Source: a virus
Virus record (IMG/VR): IMGVR_UViG_3300004151_000006
Span: 1-64,000 of that record
Reading direction: 5' to 3' (one strand)
Length of the DNA stretch: 64,000 nt
The notes under the pieces are model-generated. The model did not search any database and was not told the origin of the DNA. It was given only the letters and a program-made list of their open reading frames with translations. How positions within the stretch are numbered: the first letter of the stretch is position 1; each line of letters starts with the position of its first letter. The position numbers were made by a program, and so were the translations under genes. Below are positions 26,841-35,887 of this stretch, in pieces.

Positions 26841-27605
26841 ATGGCTACCACTACCATCAAGTCTCTCGGTGATATTAAAAAGACTTTGGCTGACTCTACC
26901 ACGCCAACTGTGAGTGATACTACCACTGAGTTTCCCACTACACTGGATACTCCGATTGCTAATATGGAAACTGAAGATAATAGCACCGTGACCAATACTA
27001 CTAACAGTGCACCTAGTGTAAATTATGTAAAAGATGCAAATACTCCTCTTCCTGGATTAGTTGATTATGATGAGGTGATTACAAGCGATCCTGTACAGCT
27101 TGGTAGTATCCAGCGTATTGAAGGTGGTGTGACATCAAAGACTTCTACCCCGATGACTATCGCTGGACAGCCAGATAAAGTGATCCCGACTATCGTCAGT
27201 GTTGAACAGATGGCATATCAACTCAAGATGTATATTGAAAATTACTTGAAGAAAAATACTTCTTTAATCGTTCCTTTTAAAACTCATCCAGAAGCTAAGA
27301 TTTGTGGTGAAGCTTTTTTACAATTAGTCAATTATGTGGTGGGATGTAATCATCCTCAAATTTATGAAGCTATTTATAATTTCTTTAAAGAGCATAAGAA
27401 TGGTATTCTCAATGAGCACCATGCTCTTCAGGGTACTAACTATTTAAAGAAAGAAGAAAGTATGCGCACTCAAATCTTTTATGAAGTTTTTAATCGTATT
27501 ACTGATGTACCCCGCAGAGCATTGAATGTGGATATCGTGAGAAGTATCTTCACTGGTGAACAAGGTAATACATTAATCAATTATTTGGTCATGAAGACCT
27601 CTTAA
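26841..27605 (+). CDS. hypothetical protein (254 aa), Thr-rich N-terminus
   Basis: AGGAGG upstream of ATG. Confidence 0.8.
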   Translation: MATTTIKSLGDIKKTLADSTTPTVSDTTTEFPTTLDTPIANMETEDNSTVTNTTNSAPSVNYVKDANTPLPGLVDYDEVITSDPVQLGSIQRIEGGVTSKTSTPMTIAGQPDKVIPTIVSVEQMAYQLKMYIENYLKKNTSLIVPFKTHPEAKICGEAFLQLVNYVVGCNHPQIYEAIYNFFKEHKNGILNEHHALQGTNYLKKEESMRTQIFYEVFNRITDVPRRALNVDIVRSIFTGEQGNTLINYLVMKTS

Positions 27606-27612
27606 ACGATAC

Positions 27613-27648
27613 TAGACATGGGCTGGGGATATCCCCAGCCCATGTCTA
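27613..27648. terminator. 36-nt perfect palindrome TAGACATGGGCTGGGGAT/ATCCCCAGCCCATGTCTA
   Basis: Lies between convergent genes; shares the CATGGGCTGGG(G)AT/ATC(C)CCAGCCCATG core with 20602-20633. Confidence 0.6.
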
Positions 27649-27665
27649 CATCTGTGTATCTAAAT

Positions 27666-28235
27666 TTAAATTTTACGATGTTCTTCACGTCTAAGGAATG
27701 CAGTTTCTGCTTCTTCTCTCAATGTAGTAGATAACGCATGTGCACTTGTATGATCATGCTCCAATTCAGTTTTATTCACTACCACACATCCACGTGAATC
27801 AAATTGTGAATTGATGAAATTTTCTTTTTCTTGTTGAGTAAGAGGAATGTATGGCATAGTAGTCACCTCCCGGACATCAATGGTCCGAAGTACACCAGCT
27901 ACCACAGATTGTACATCCATGACATGATCATCTTGTTTCTTTCTCAGTTTAAGTGAAGTACGTTTATAGTGATTATCTTCACTATCCTTCAAAAGCTTAG
28001 CATACGTATCAACCATCTTTGATTGGGCTTCTAATTTTTCTGGATCTCCACCAAGAGAGATATCCATCTCATCCACCACTTTTTCTATTTTAGCAAGGAG
28101 TCTTTCTCTACGATCATCTGCACGAGTAAACGCCCTATCCATATTAAGAAGATCTGTCTCAAGAGAAGAGATCTCTGTTTGAAGATATTCGGGGATACAT
28201 TCTTCCACTTCAATGATTTGTGGTTCTTCTGACAT
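27666..28235 (-). CDS. hypothetical acidic coiled-coil protein (189 aa)
   Basis: GGGAG 8 nt upstream of ATG 28235 (the 28277 start has no RBS). Confidence 0.75.
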   Translation of the reverse strand: MSEEPQIIEVEECIPEYLQTEISSLETDLLNMDRAFTRADDRRERLLAKIEKVVDEMDISLGGDPEKLEAQSKMVDTYAKLLKDSEDNHYKRTSLKLRKKQDDHVMDVQSVVAGVLRTIDVREVTTMPYIPLTQQEKENFINSQFDSRGCVVVNKTELEHDHTSAHALSTTLREEAETAFLRREEHRKI

Positions 28236-28405
28236 AATAATTCTCCCATATATATTTAGGATATTTAAAATATCCATGTTTGCTTATGATTTCCCTCATA
28301 GCATGAGTCTTTAGATTTATCTGTATTTTAATATATGTGGTAGTTTTTCAATGAGTCTACAAGCATATATTACAAATAAGATACCATTTAAAAGGAGATC
28401 TTTTT

Positions 28406-29017
28406 ATGATGCATGAATTCTTATATGGGTATTCTAAAGGACATGGTCGTAACTTTGAATTTGGTGGATGCAAAAATTGTAATCTTATTATGCGAAAACC
28501 TGTCAATAAAGAACTCGATAATGGTATATTCAAAGAATTGTATAATGATAAAGTATTTCTTGATAATTATATCAGACTTCAAAAGATTAATTTTCCTGGA
28601 TTTAATGAAGATGAATTTCGAGAAGCCGTACATGACATAAATAATCGCACTGATGAAGAAAAGAAAATACTACAATCTACTTATGATTCACAACAAATCG
28701 TTGATGGTGTAAAAATTAATGCATTTCCTGCTGAAATGTATATTATTGGATATGAAGTTGGTACATTACCATATTCTTGGCATTTGGAATATGCTTTCTT
28801 CAGTATTGATGGTACTGGATTTTTATATAGTGAACATTTTAATACTCAATGTGGTAAATGTTCACATTATTTAGAAGAAGAAAATATCTGCAATCTTAAA
28901 TTATTCCCACCAGATCCTGAAATTCAAAGACTGTGTAAACAATTTAAATTAAAGATCTCTGATTTAAATGCACATGATATTTTAAATCAAATTATCAATA
29001 AATCTGAAGGAGTCTAA
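28406..29017 (+). CDS. hypothetical protein (203 aa), first gene of a six-gene operon; Cys-containing C-terminal part
   Basis: AAAGGAG upstream; tandem ATG ATG. Confidence 0.8.
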   Translation: MMHEFLYGYSKGHGRNFEFGGCKNCNLIMRKPVNKELDNGIFKELYNDKVFLDNYIRLQKINFPGFNEDEFREAVHDINNRTDEEKKILQSTYDSQQIVDGVKINAFPAEMYIIGYEVGTLPYSWHLEYAFFSIDGTGFLYSEHFNTQCGKCSHYLEEENICNLKLFPPDPEIQRLCKQFKLKISDLNAHDILNQIINKSEGV

Positions 29018-29021
29018 TCAT

Positions 29022-29507
29022 ATGGCTAAACCACAAGATTCAAATCATTATACTGGGTGCGCTATTACTTCACCTATTGAAGAACAGTCTATAAAAAATA
29101 TACATAAGTTCATTGATGATTCATTGGCATGTCAAGATATTAGGACTGGTGCTACTGATATTTATGTGCTTCGAGTCAAACGCTCTCATTTGAGATATTA
29201 CATCAATGCTCGTAGTGTCAGCAATGATGCAAATAAAGCTTCAGATAATGTATTAGCACTGTGTGATTATCTTCAGGATTTACTCAGTGGAAACTGTCCA
29301 GTAAAATCAGTTAAAGAAATATTAGATAAAGCCATGATGATGTTAGAAGAATCTATTTGGGAAGATGATCTAGAAAATGCTACTAAAAGGTGTAAATATT
29401 GTAAACACAGTCGTGATATTGGTCATGCTAAAGATTGTGATTATTTTGACCTTATCAATCAAAAGAAACACATTGATATAAATGTGGCAGTATATCAAGG
29501 AGACTGA
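29022..29507 (+). CDS. hypothetical protein (161 aa) with C-terminal CxYCxxxRxxGHxxxC motif
   Basis: AAGGAG upstream; CKYCKHSRDIGHAKDC. Confidence 0.8.
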   Translation: MAKPQDSNHYTGCAITSPIEEQSIKNIHKFIDDSLACQDIRTGATDIYVLRVKRSHLRYYINARSVSNDANKASDNVLALCDYLQDLLSGNCPVKSVKEILDKAMMMLEESIWEDDLENATKRCKYCKHSRDIGHAKDCDYFDLINQKKHIDINVAVYQGD

Positions 29508-29508
29508 T

Positions 29509-30027
29509 ATGAAGAATTTTAATCATAATGATTATCTTAAATCAATGGTAGATTATTTAATCTGTAATCGTGTATTAGTTACAATTAATTTAGATCTTAA
29601 TGGTATCAATATTACAAAAAAAGGTATACTCAAATATGGTATACATGATAATTATCTTTTGGAGGTGCATAATGAAGGTGATTATATTAAATTTATTCCA
29701 ATATCCAAAGATATAGTTTTTTCTGAAATTCAATATTTTGTTACATTGAGTATGCCTATTAAAATTGGAGATCATGTAAAATTTACAGCAGATGCAGATA
29801 TTATATTGAATTATTTTCAAGATTTTAATGTATGTGCTGTTAATGGAGATTATTTTAAAGATGTTGTATTTACTATATCTAACTTTATAAATAAAAATAA
29901 TGGTGCTGATATTTCAATGATATTAAGGGCTGATGGATACGGTAATCCTGGTAAATATGGAAATGGTGGTATTATTGTGTATGGGGAATATAAACGATAT
30001 ATCACAAAAGAGGAGGAACTCACATGA
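29509..30027 (+). CDS. hypothetical protein (172 aa), paralogous domain family
   Basis: AAGGAG 6 nt upstream of ATG 29509, which lies 1 nt after the upstream stop. Confidence 0.75.
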   Translation: MKNFNHNDYLKSMVDYLICNRVLVTINLDLNGINITKKGILKYGIHDNYLLEVHNEGDYIKFIPISKDIVFSEIQYFVTLSMPIKIGDHVKFTADADIILNYFQDFNVCAVNGDYFKDVVFTISNFINKNNGADISMILRADGYGNPGKYGNGGIIVYGEYKRYITKEEELT

Positions 30028-30500
30028 TAGGTAAATCAGACGATCCCACAGTATTGCATGTTGGTAATACAGTTATGTTTCATCACCCACATCGTGACAA
30101 TAAAACTATTACGTATTTCAGTGATATAGATAAACCAAATACAGTACCTGGAAACTTTTTTGAAAATACATTATTTGTTATTCGTGATATTATCATTAAA
30201 CCCAGTGAATATAATTCATTAATGATTGAACTGGAAATCACCCATACTGATCTCACATGGGGAACTAATATAGTAATTTGGGTACCTAGTGAATCAGCAA
30301 AGTATATTTATCAATACCCAATGATAAAGGATGTACTCAATGCTGCAGATGAATTGCTTGAAATACTAGAATGGGGACATTCTTACAGTGATACTGATTG
30401 TGGTTATTGTCCCATTTGTAGACAGAGAAAATCTGAAGGTCATGTTGCTACCTGTAAAGTAAAAAAATATAAAGAACTTCGTACTATTTTTGGAGGATAA
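30024..30500 (+). CDS. hypothetical protein (158 aa): paralogous domain plus C-terminal CxYCxxCRxxxxxGHxxxC motif
   Basis: ATGA overlap; GAGGAGG upstream; CGYCPICRQRKSEGHVATC. Confidence 0.8.
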   Translation: MIGKSDDPTVLHVGNTVMFHHPHRDNKTITYFSDIDKPNTVPGNFFENTLFVIRDIIIKPSEYNSLMIELEITHTDLTWGTNIVIWVPSESAKYIYQYPMIKDVLNAADELLEILEWGHSYSDTDCGYCPICRQRKSEGHVATCKVKKYKELRTIFGG

Positions 30501-30505
30501 TCAGT

Positions 30506-30931
30506 ATGACTTTCATATGTCCATTTTTAGCAGATGATATTGATAAACACCCAAATGGATTAAAATCTAATGATATGGTTATTATGGAATTACCAGAAGA
30601 GATTGGGTTTATTAACTTCTATGAAAATTTTGGAATTGATGAATCCTTTTTAAAGAATACAGTACGTACATCTGTAAATGGATTAATTTTTAAAGTGGAA
30701 CAAATATTTAAAGCTAGAAATTGCAATGAACAATATTTTGTAGTAATTACATTACAGTCTAAAGATAGTATTATGGTGCAATCACCAGATCCAGGAAAAT
30801 CTACTGTAAAAGAAATTGAACTATATTGGAGAAACCAATTTATCCAAGATATAAATACTATTATGTTGTTTAAGAAAGATCAAATCGCTTGTTTAAAATT
30901 GATCGATAATAAGGAGAAAACTAATGTCTGA
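30506..30931 (+). CDS. hypothetical protein (141 aa), paralogous domain family
   Basis: GGAGG upstream. Confidence 0.8.
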   Translation: MTFICPFLADDIDKHPNGLKSNDMVIMELPEEIGFINFYENFGIDESFLKNTVRTSVNGLIFKVEQIFKARNCNEQYFVVITLQSKDSIMVQSPDPGKSTVKEIELYWRNQFIQDINTIMLFKKDQIACLKLIDNKEKTNV

Positions 30932-31232
30932 TACTAGCCCAAAAATCAGTATGACAGAATCATCTCAAGATTTTACGGCAAACATGCTTGATAAAATCAA
31001 TATTGCTAAATGTATATATGACACTATTATTTCTACTAATGATCTTCAATTGGTGGCATTACAGACCATTGATAAAGTTGGTGAAAACAATTATACTTTT
31101 TCACACACTGTACTTGGCAATCTTGATGTGGCTGATTTGTATGATGAATATATGTTAAAGGAATTGCCTGTGGATGATAAAGATAAACAGCTATTAAAAT
31201 TAATAGAAAAGAAAATGTTAGAAAAAGAATAG
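30924..31232 (+). CDS. hypothetical protein (102 aa)
   Basis: AAGGAG upstream; 8-nt overlap with the upstream gene. Confidence 0.75.
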   Translation: MSDTSPKISMTESSQDFTANMLDKINIAKCIYDTIISTNDLQLVALQTIDKVGENNYTFSHTVLGNLDVADLYDEYMLKELPVDDKDKQLLKLIEKKMLEKE

Positions 31233-31241
31233 ATCATATTT

Positions 31242-31271
31242 GGACATGGGAGGCACGTGCCTCCCATGTCC
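31242..31271 (+). terminator. 30-nt perfect palindrome GGACATGGGAGGCAC/GTGCCTCCCATGTCC
   Basis: 10 nt after the operon's last stop. Confidence 0.6.
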
Positions 31272-31413
31272 ATCACTCTTTCATCTATATATTATTTTTT
31301 TGAAGATTTAATAATAGTCTATATTTGACCCATATAACTAAGCACCTTTAAATTTATATTTGATGATTATCTAATGTAAGGGTAGTACCCCAGATAACAG
31401 GGAGGAACAAATC

Positions 31414-33918
31414 TTGAGTATCAGTGCCTATAGTTCTGATAGTATTGTGACCAATGAAGGACTGGAAGTCATCAGGAATCGTCCCACACAATTTGTACCT
31501 ACAAGAGATTATCAGGGTCAAGTACATACTGCAAAAGAGCCAATTGATAATAGTAATGATGAACTCAATCAATTGAAAGGTGGAACAATCACTGTCGTAA
31601 TGTTTAGGGATCGTGCTAAAGATAGATATCAGCTCCTTATTTCAGATACTGGACGTGGTATCCCTATCAGTGATGGTGCATTTCTTAGGGCACTCACAGT
31701 ACTCAATACTTCAGGTAAGTTTTCTATGGATGGTGCCTATCAAGGTAGTGGTGGTCTATTTGGTATTGGTGGTAAAGTACCCGCAGCATTATCTACAAGA
31801 TTTAAAGCATTATCTAGACGCGATAAAGGTACGGGTCTCCTTTATTTGGAAGACAGTGTCACTAAAGAATATGTGGTAGATACCAAGATTAGAAATCTAA
31901 GCACTGGTGTAGTTATTTGTTATGAAATTGATCCTCAGTTTTTTAATGATCTCCCATATTTCATGGAGACTGGATATTTAGATATTATTCAATTATTTCA
32001 ATTATGGGGAATATTTAATAATTTTCATTATATCTTTAAGATCTGTGACTTTCCTATTGAGGAAGGGTTTTGGAAAGCTGATATTGAAAAGAGTGAATCC
32101 ATTCTTGTACCATATATTCATGGATGTCCAATTGGGTGCATTGTAGTCTATGATAGTAATCTTATCAACCCTGATGATTATCTTCTTACCTATTTTAACA
32201 TCGATCCACCTATCATTTGGAAAACAGAGTTTAGAAAAGAATGTGATCTTCGAGTAGATAATTGTGCCTACATCATCAAGATGTTTATGACAAAGAAATT
32301 GGGCTATGATAAGATTGGGCTCATCAATAATATCTTTCCTAAAAATCAAGATAGTAGTACACATGTCTCTAGTTTTTATAAAGTATTAAATCAATATCTC
32401 GCACCTTTCATTGAAGATAAAGATCTTCAAAAGTTCTTTATAGAGGTAAATTATAAAATACCCATTTATGTAGCACTCAGTGTAAAACGTAATGGTGCAG
32501 AATTTAGTGGCACTACTAAAGATGCATATATTGATATGGAATTTGGTAAAATCTATGAAATGGAATTGCATAAATCATTCAAAGCTACTAAAAATGAAAT
32601 CTGGATAGAATTAGTATCATTATTTTTAGATGATCTTCAAGATAAATTTGATAGATATCATAATCGTGGTAGTACCACAAAACAAACTAGTCTTCTTACA
32701 TTAAAACTTAATGCGGGTAAAAAGTTTAGTCCATGTAGAAAAACTGGACCAAATGCAGAACTGTTTATTGTAGAAGGAGAATCTGCTTCTGGTATCATTG
32801 AAGGTAGAAATGCTGATTTTCAAGCAGTGTGGCAAATGCGTGGTAAGATCAAAAATATGATGGAAGATATCTTAAATGTACAACAAGCTAAAAAGAATAT
32901 CAAGAATAATAAATTCTATCAAGATTTTATCAAGATCATCAATTATGATCCCTATAACGATCCAGAACTTAAAAATCTCAATTATGGGAAAATCATATTT
33001 ACAATGGATGCCGATCCAGATGGAGCGCACATCGTATCACTCAATGTAAGTAATCTTTATCTCTTAGAACCAAAGCTTATTGAAATGGGCTTTATATGGA
33101 TAGCCACACCACCCCTTTATGAGATGCGTATTGGTAAAAATGGTCCAAAGAAATATCTTCGTGATAAAGTAGCACTCATTGACACAAAAGTTCAATATGT
33201 TTATAAAACAGTACTTGATATTAAATTAGAACTCGAAGATAAAAAGCTAGTAAATTTAAATGAAAGTGCATATAGAGACTTCTGTTATTTGGTTAATGAA
33301 TTTGGTGAGAAGTTAGAATACAGTGCAAAGCTTTTGGGTACTACACCAATGATCTTAGAAAGACTTTTATATGGATATGAATATCTCTTTCCTACCATTG
33401 ATATTGACGGGCTCAATAATCATTTTGGTGTAGATCATGCTAATTGGTTTACTAGACTTCATTATGATCCAAGTAATCAAATGCTTATCATTAGTATTGA
33501 AGATGTGGATCATCCAATCTCTATGAATGATCTTACCAAAGAGATACATCAGTCACTTTTTTATTATGTGAAGAAATATAAATTTGGTAAATGGTGGCCA
33601 GTGCTCACTTCTAAATTAGATGCTAAAAATGGACTTAATAAAGAATATTGCACACCCATTCAAGTATATCACTATTTCAAAACTATGGATAATATGATCC
33701 AAATAGATCGTATCAAGGGTCTTGGTCTACTTAATCCAGAAGATGTCATTGCTACCATCACTGATAAAAATACCAGATCATTATATCACGTTACTTCCAT
33801 TGGAGATGTAGAGCATATTTGTCATCTCATGGGAGATGACAGCAGTAATCGAAAGAAGATCTTGTTTGATACCAATATGGAGATGAAACTCCATGCATAT
33901 GGTACATCTCCTGTGTAA
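31414..33918 (+). CDS. type II DNA topoisomerase, ATPase + Toprim subunit (GyrB/ParE/T4 gp39-gp60-like)
   Basis: EGLEVIRNRP, EPIDNSNDE, DTGRGIPI, SGGLFGIGG, FIVEGESASG, MRGKIKN, MDADPDGAHI and PPLY occur in canonical order; TTG start with GGGAGG 8 nt upstream. Confidence 0.88.
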   Translation: MSISAYSSDSIVTNEGLEVIRNRPTQFVPTRDYQGQVHTAKEPIDNSNDELNQLKGGTITVVMFRDRAKDRYQLLISDTGRGIPISDGAFLRALTVLNTSGKFSMDGAYQGSGGLFGIGGKVPAALSTRFKALSRRDKGTGLLYLEDSVTKEYVVDTKIRNLSTGVVICYEIDPQFFNDLPYFMETGYLDIIQLFQLWGIFNNFHYIFKICDFPIEEGFWKADIEKSESILVPYIHGCPIGCIVVYDSNLINPDDYLLTYFNIDPPIIWKTEFRKECDLRVDNCAYIIKMFMTKKLGYDKIGLINNIFPKNQDSSTHVSSFYKVLNQYLAPFIEDKDLQKFFIEVNYKIPIYVALSVKRNGAEFSGTTKDAYIDMEFGKIYEMELHKSFKATKNEIWIELVSLFLDDLQDKFDRYHNRGSTTKQTSLLTLKLNAGKKFSPCRKTGPNAELFIVEGESASGIIEGRNADFQAVWQMRGKIKNMMEDILNVQQAKKNIKNNKFYQDFIKIINYDPYNDPELKNLNYGKIIFTMDADPDGAHIVSLNVSNLYLLEPKLIEMGFIWIATPPLYEMRIGKNGPKKYLRDKVALIDTKVQYVYKTVLDIKLELEDKKLVNLNESAYRDFCYLVNEFGEKLEYSAKLLGTTPMILERLLYGYEYLFPTIDIDGLNNHFGVDHANWFTRLHYDPSNQMLIISIEDVDHPISMNDLTKEIHQSLFYYVKKYKFGKWWPVLTSKLDAKNGLNKEYCTPIQVYHYFKTMDNMIQIDRIKGLGLLNPEDVIATITDKNTRSLYHVTSIGDVEHICHLMGDDSSNRKKILFDTNMEMKLHAYGTSPV

Positions 33919-33934
33919 TATGTTGGATAAACAT

Positions 33935-33957
33935 GGGGTGGAGTATAACTCCACCCC
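33935..33957 (+). terminator. GC-clamped hairpin (GGGGTGGAGT ATA ACTCCACCCC)
   Basis: 10-bp perfect stem 17 nt after the stop. Confidence 0.55.
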
Positions 33958-33973
33958 AATGACATAGGAGGAT

Positions 33974-34702
33974 GTGTATATCAACATGGGGCCACTACAA
34001 GCATATCTAGAAGAAAATAGATTCCTTTATGATAAAATACCGTTGTCACATGATCATGGTCTATTGGGCATACAAGCTATATTACCACCACTCATTTCAT
34101 TTATACGTAGATACAATCATCAACAAGATCTCACATTATTTAATTGTATCACTGAAGCACAATTGGATATGGGAATGGAATCTATCAATCAATATACTGA
34201 TATTCCAACACTTGATCATAAACTTTTACGTCAACCACGATGTGATATGCGTACACTTTATACTTGGTTAAATTTGTTTTCACAAATCTTAAATTACAAC
34301 CATAAATATCAGGAAGAACATCATAAACACTTTAACCATTTGTGGTATTTTCTCCCACATTTTTGCATACAGAAACCAATTAATATTGGTGGTTATGAAC
34401 CCGGTCATATTTTATCTGATAATATGTGGTTGCTACTTAACAACGTAGTATCTAATACTTTATACAATAAAAATTCATATGCATCTGATACTCGTTTAAC
34501 AGAACACTTTGTTGTTATTGCTAAATACTTTGAAAATGATATATGGGAAGACACAAATATTTGTATTGATAGTGCTTTTTACTATCTACAGAAAATCGGT
34601 ATTATTTGTTTAATGACTAGAGTATTTGATATCCCAAATATAGAAGTATCTTTTAAAAATGAGTTATATGATCATTTGATTCGTATTATTCCTTCTATGT
34701 AA
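33974..34702 (+). CDS. hypothetical protein (242 aa)
   Basis: Long ORF; start ambiguous (GTG 33974 or ATG 33986; AGGAGG at 33966-33971). Confidence 0.75.
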   Translation: MYINMGPLQAYLEENRFLYDKIPLSHDHGLLGIQAILPPLISFIRRYNHQQDLTLFNCITEAQLDMGMESINQYTDIPTLDHKLLRQPRCDMRTLYTWLNLFSQILNYNHKYQEEHHKHFNHLWYFLPHFCIQKPINIGGYEPGHILSDNMWLLLNNVVSNTLYNKNSYASDTRLTEHFVVIAKYFENDIWEDTNICIDSAFYYLQKIGIICLMTRVFDIPNIEVSFKNELYDHLIRIIPSM

Positions 34703-34730
34703 TACGGCATTACCCTACGAGGAGCGTGAC

Positions 34731-35708
34731 ATGGGAAAAAAGGACGCTATCGTCCTAGTTTCCAATGAGATAGAGACCCACACATCTGCTCTATCTCCGG
34801 CTAAAACTATTTTACCTGATCATATTGATATGACCCCAGCTAATATGCAAAAATCATTTTTAAATAAATTTATAGCAAACCAGCAGGTGTATACTTTACT
34901 TAAAGATATGAAGCGTAGTGGTAATCTTCTTTATACTCCAAAGGATATAGCTAGTGTTACACACCCATTAGCTAAACTCATTCGTATGATCTTTGTAGAG
35001 CAACGTATTACTGATAGATATTTAGAAGATATGCATAGTCTGTTTCGACTCAATCAAGATTTTCCACAAAATGAAATTAATAGTGACAGAAACAATCTTC
35101 GTAAAGCACTCACTAAAAATGAGATCACATATTCATTCTTTGAAAAAGTGTTGGGTGTGTTTGAAGCACATGTCGTGGATGTTATAGCTACAATACGTCT
35201 TTCTAATGGTGATACATATATCTATCGTAAAAATAAAGATTTCTCTAATCCACCATTTCCAGTAATCACATTAGAAATGATTTACAATATGGATGAGAGT
35301 GGATATTCACCAAATACTTCACCAATATATCCAGCTGAATCCATATATGAAACTACACACCCAATAGCCATGCTCATTCATATGTATTGTGTACATCAGA
35401 AAATCTCTATGGAGCATTTCTATTTTGTATTCAATGAATATTATACTCATTTAGGTTATACTTCCAATAGAGTTAATGCACATCGAAATAATTCTGTAAG
35501 ACAGTATTTTATCTCTAGCCCCACATTTAAAGCTTGGGAAAAATTCAATACTGTAATGGGTAATACACTTAAAGATTTCGGTGTTGTTATCCGACATAAA
35601 GACGGTACCGTAGTACAGTATATGGTATCAGATGCTAAACGTATCATCGATGCTAATGCATATCTTGATGATATCCATCTTGGAGAAACTGAATGGTCAC
35701 CACCCTGA
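34731..35708 (+). CDS. hypothetical protein (325 aa) built from two tandem homologous halves
   Basis: GAGGAG upstream; THPLAKLIRMIFVEQRI...DRNNLRKAL... repeats as THPIAMLIHMYCVHQKI...HRNNSVRQY... Confidence 0.8.
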   Translation: MGKKDAIVLVSNEIETHTSALSPAKTILPDHIDMTPANMQKSFLNKFIANQQVYTLLKDMKRSGNLLYTPKDIASVTHPLAKLIRMIFVEQRITDRYLEDMHSLFRLNQDFPQNEINSDRNNLRKALTKNEITYSFFEKVLGVFEAHVVDVIATIRLSNGDTYIYRKNKDFSNPPFPVITLEMIYNMDESGYSPNTSPIYPAESIYETTHPIAMLIHMYCVHQKISMEHFYFVFNEYYTHLGYTSNRVNAHRNNSVRQYFISSPTFKAWEKFNTVMGNTLKDFGVVIRHKDGTVVQYMVSDAKRIIDANAYLDDIHLGETEWSPP

Positions 35709-35796
35709 TCGTGAGTATCATGTGTGTATTGGGTGTATATTTACTACATTTATTGGAAAAATATTACAATAAAAGAAAATGATATCCATGATTAGC

Positions 35797-35826
35797 TGTG
35801 GGTGTGGGGTGATACCCACACCCACA
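35797..35826 (+). terminator. GC-clamped hairpin (TGTGGGTGTGGG / CCCACACCCACA) followed by a T-rich tract
   Basis: 12-bp stem in the 180-nt gap upstream of the topoisomerase A-subunit gene. Confidence 0.55.
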
Positions 35827-35887
35827 CATATCTCTTTATTTTCACAACTTTTTACTATGGTATAGCTTATTCAAATAGGAGATATGC

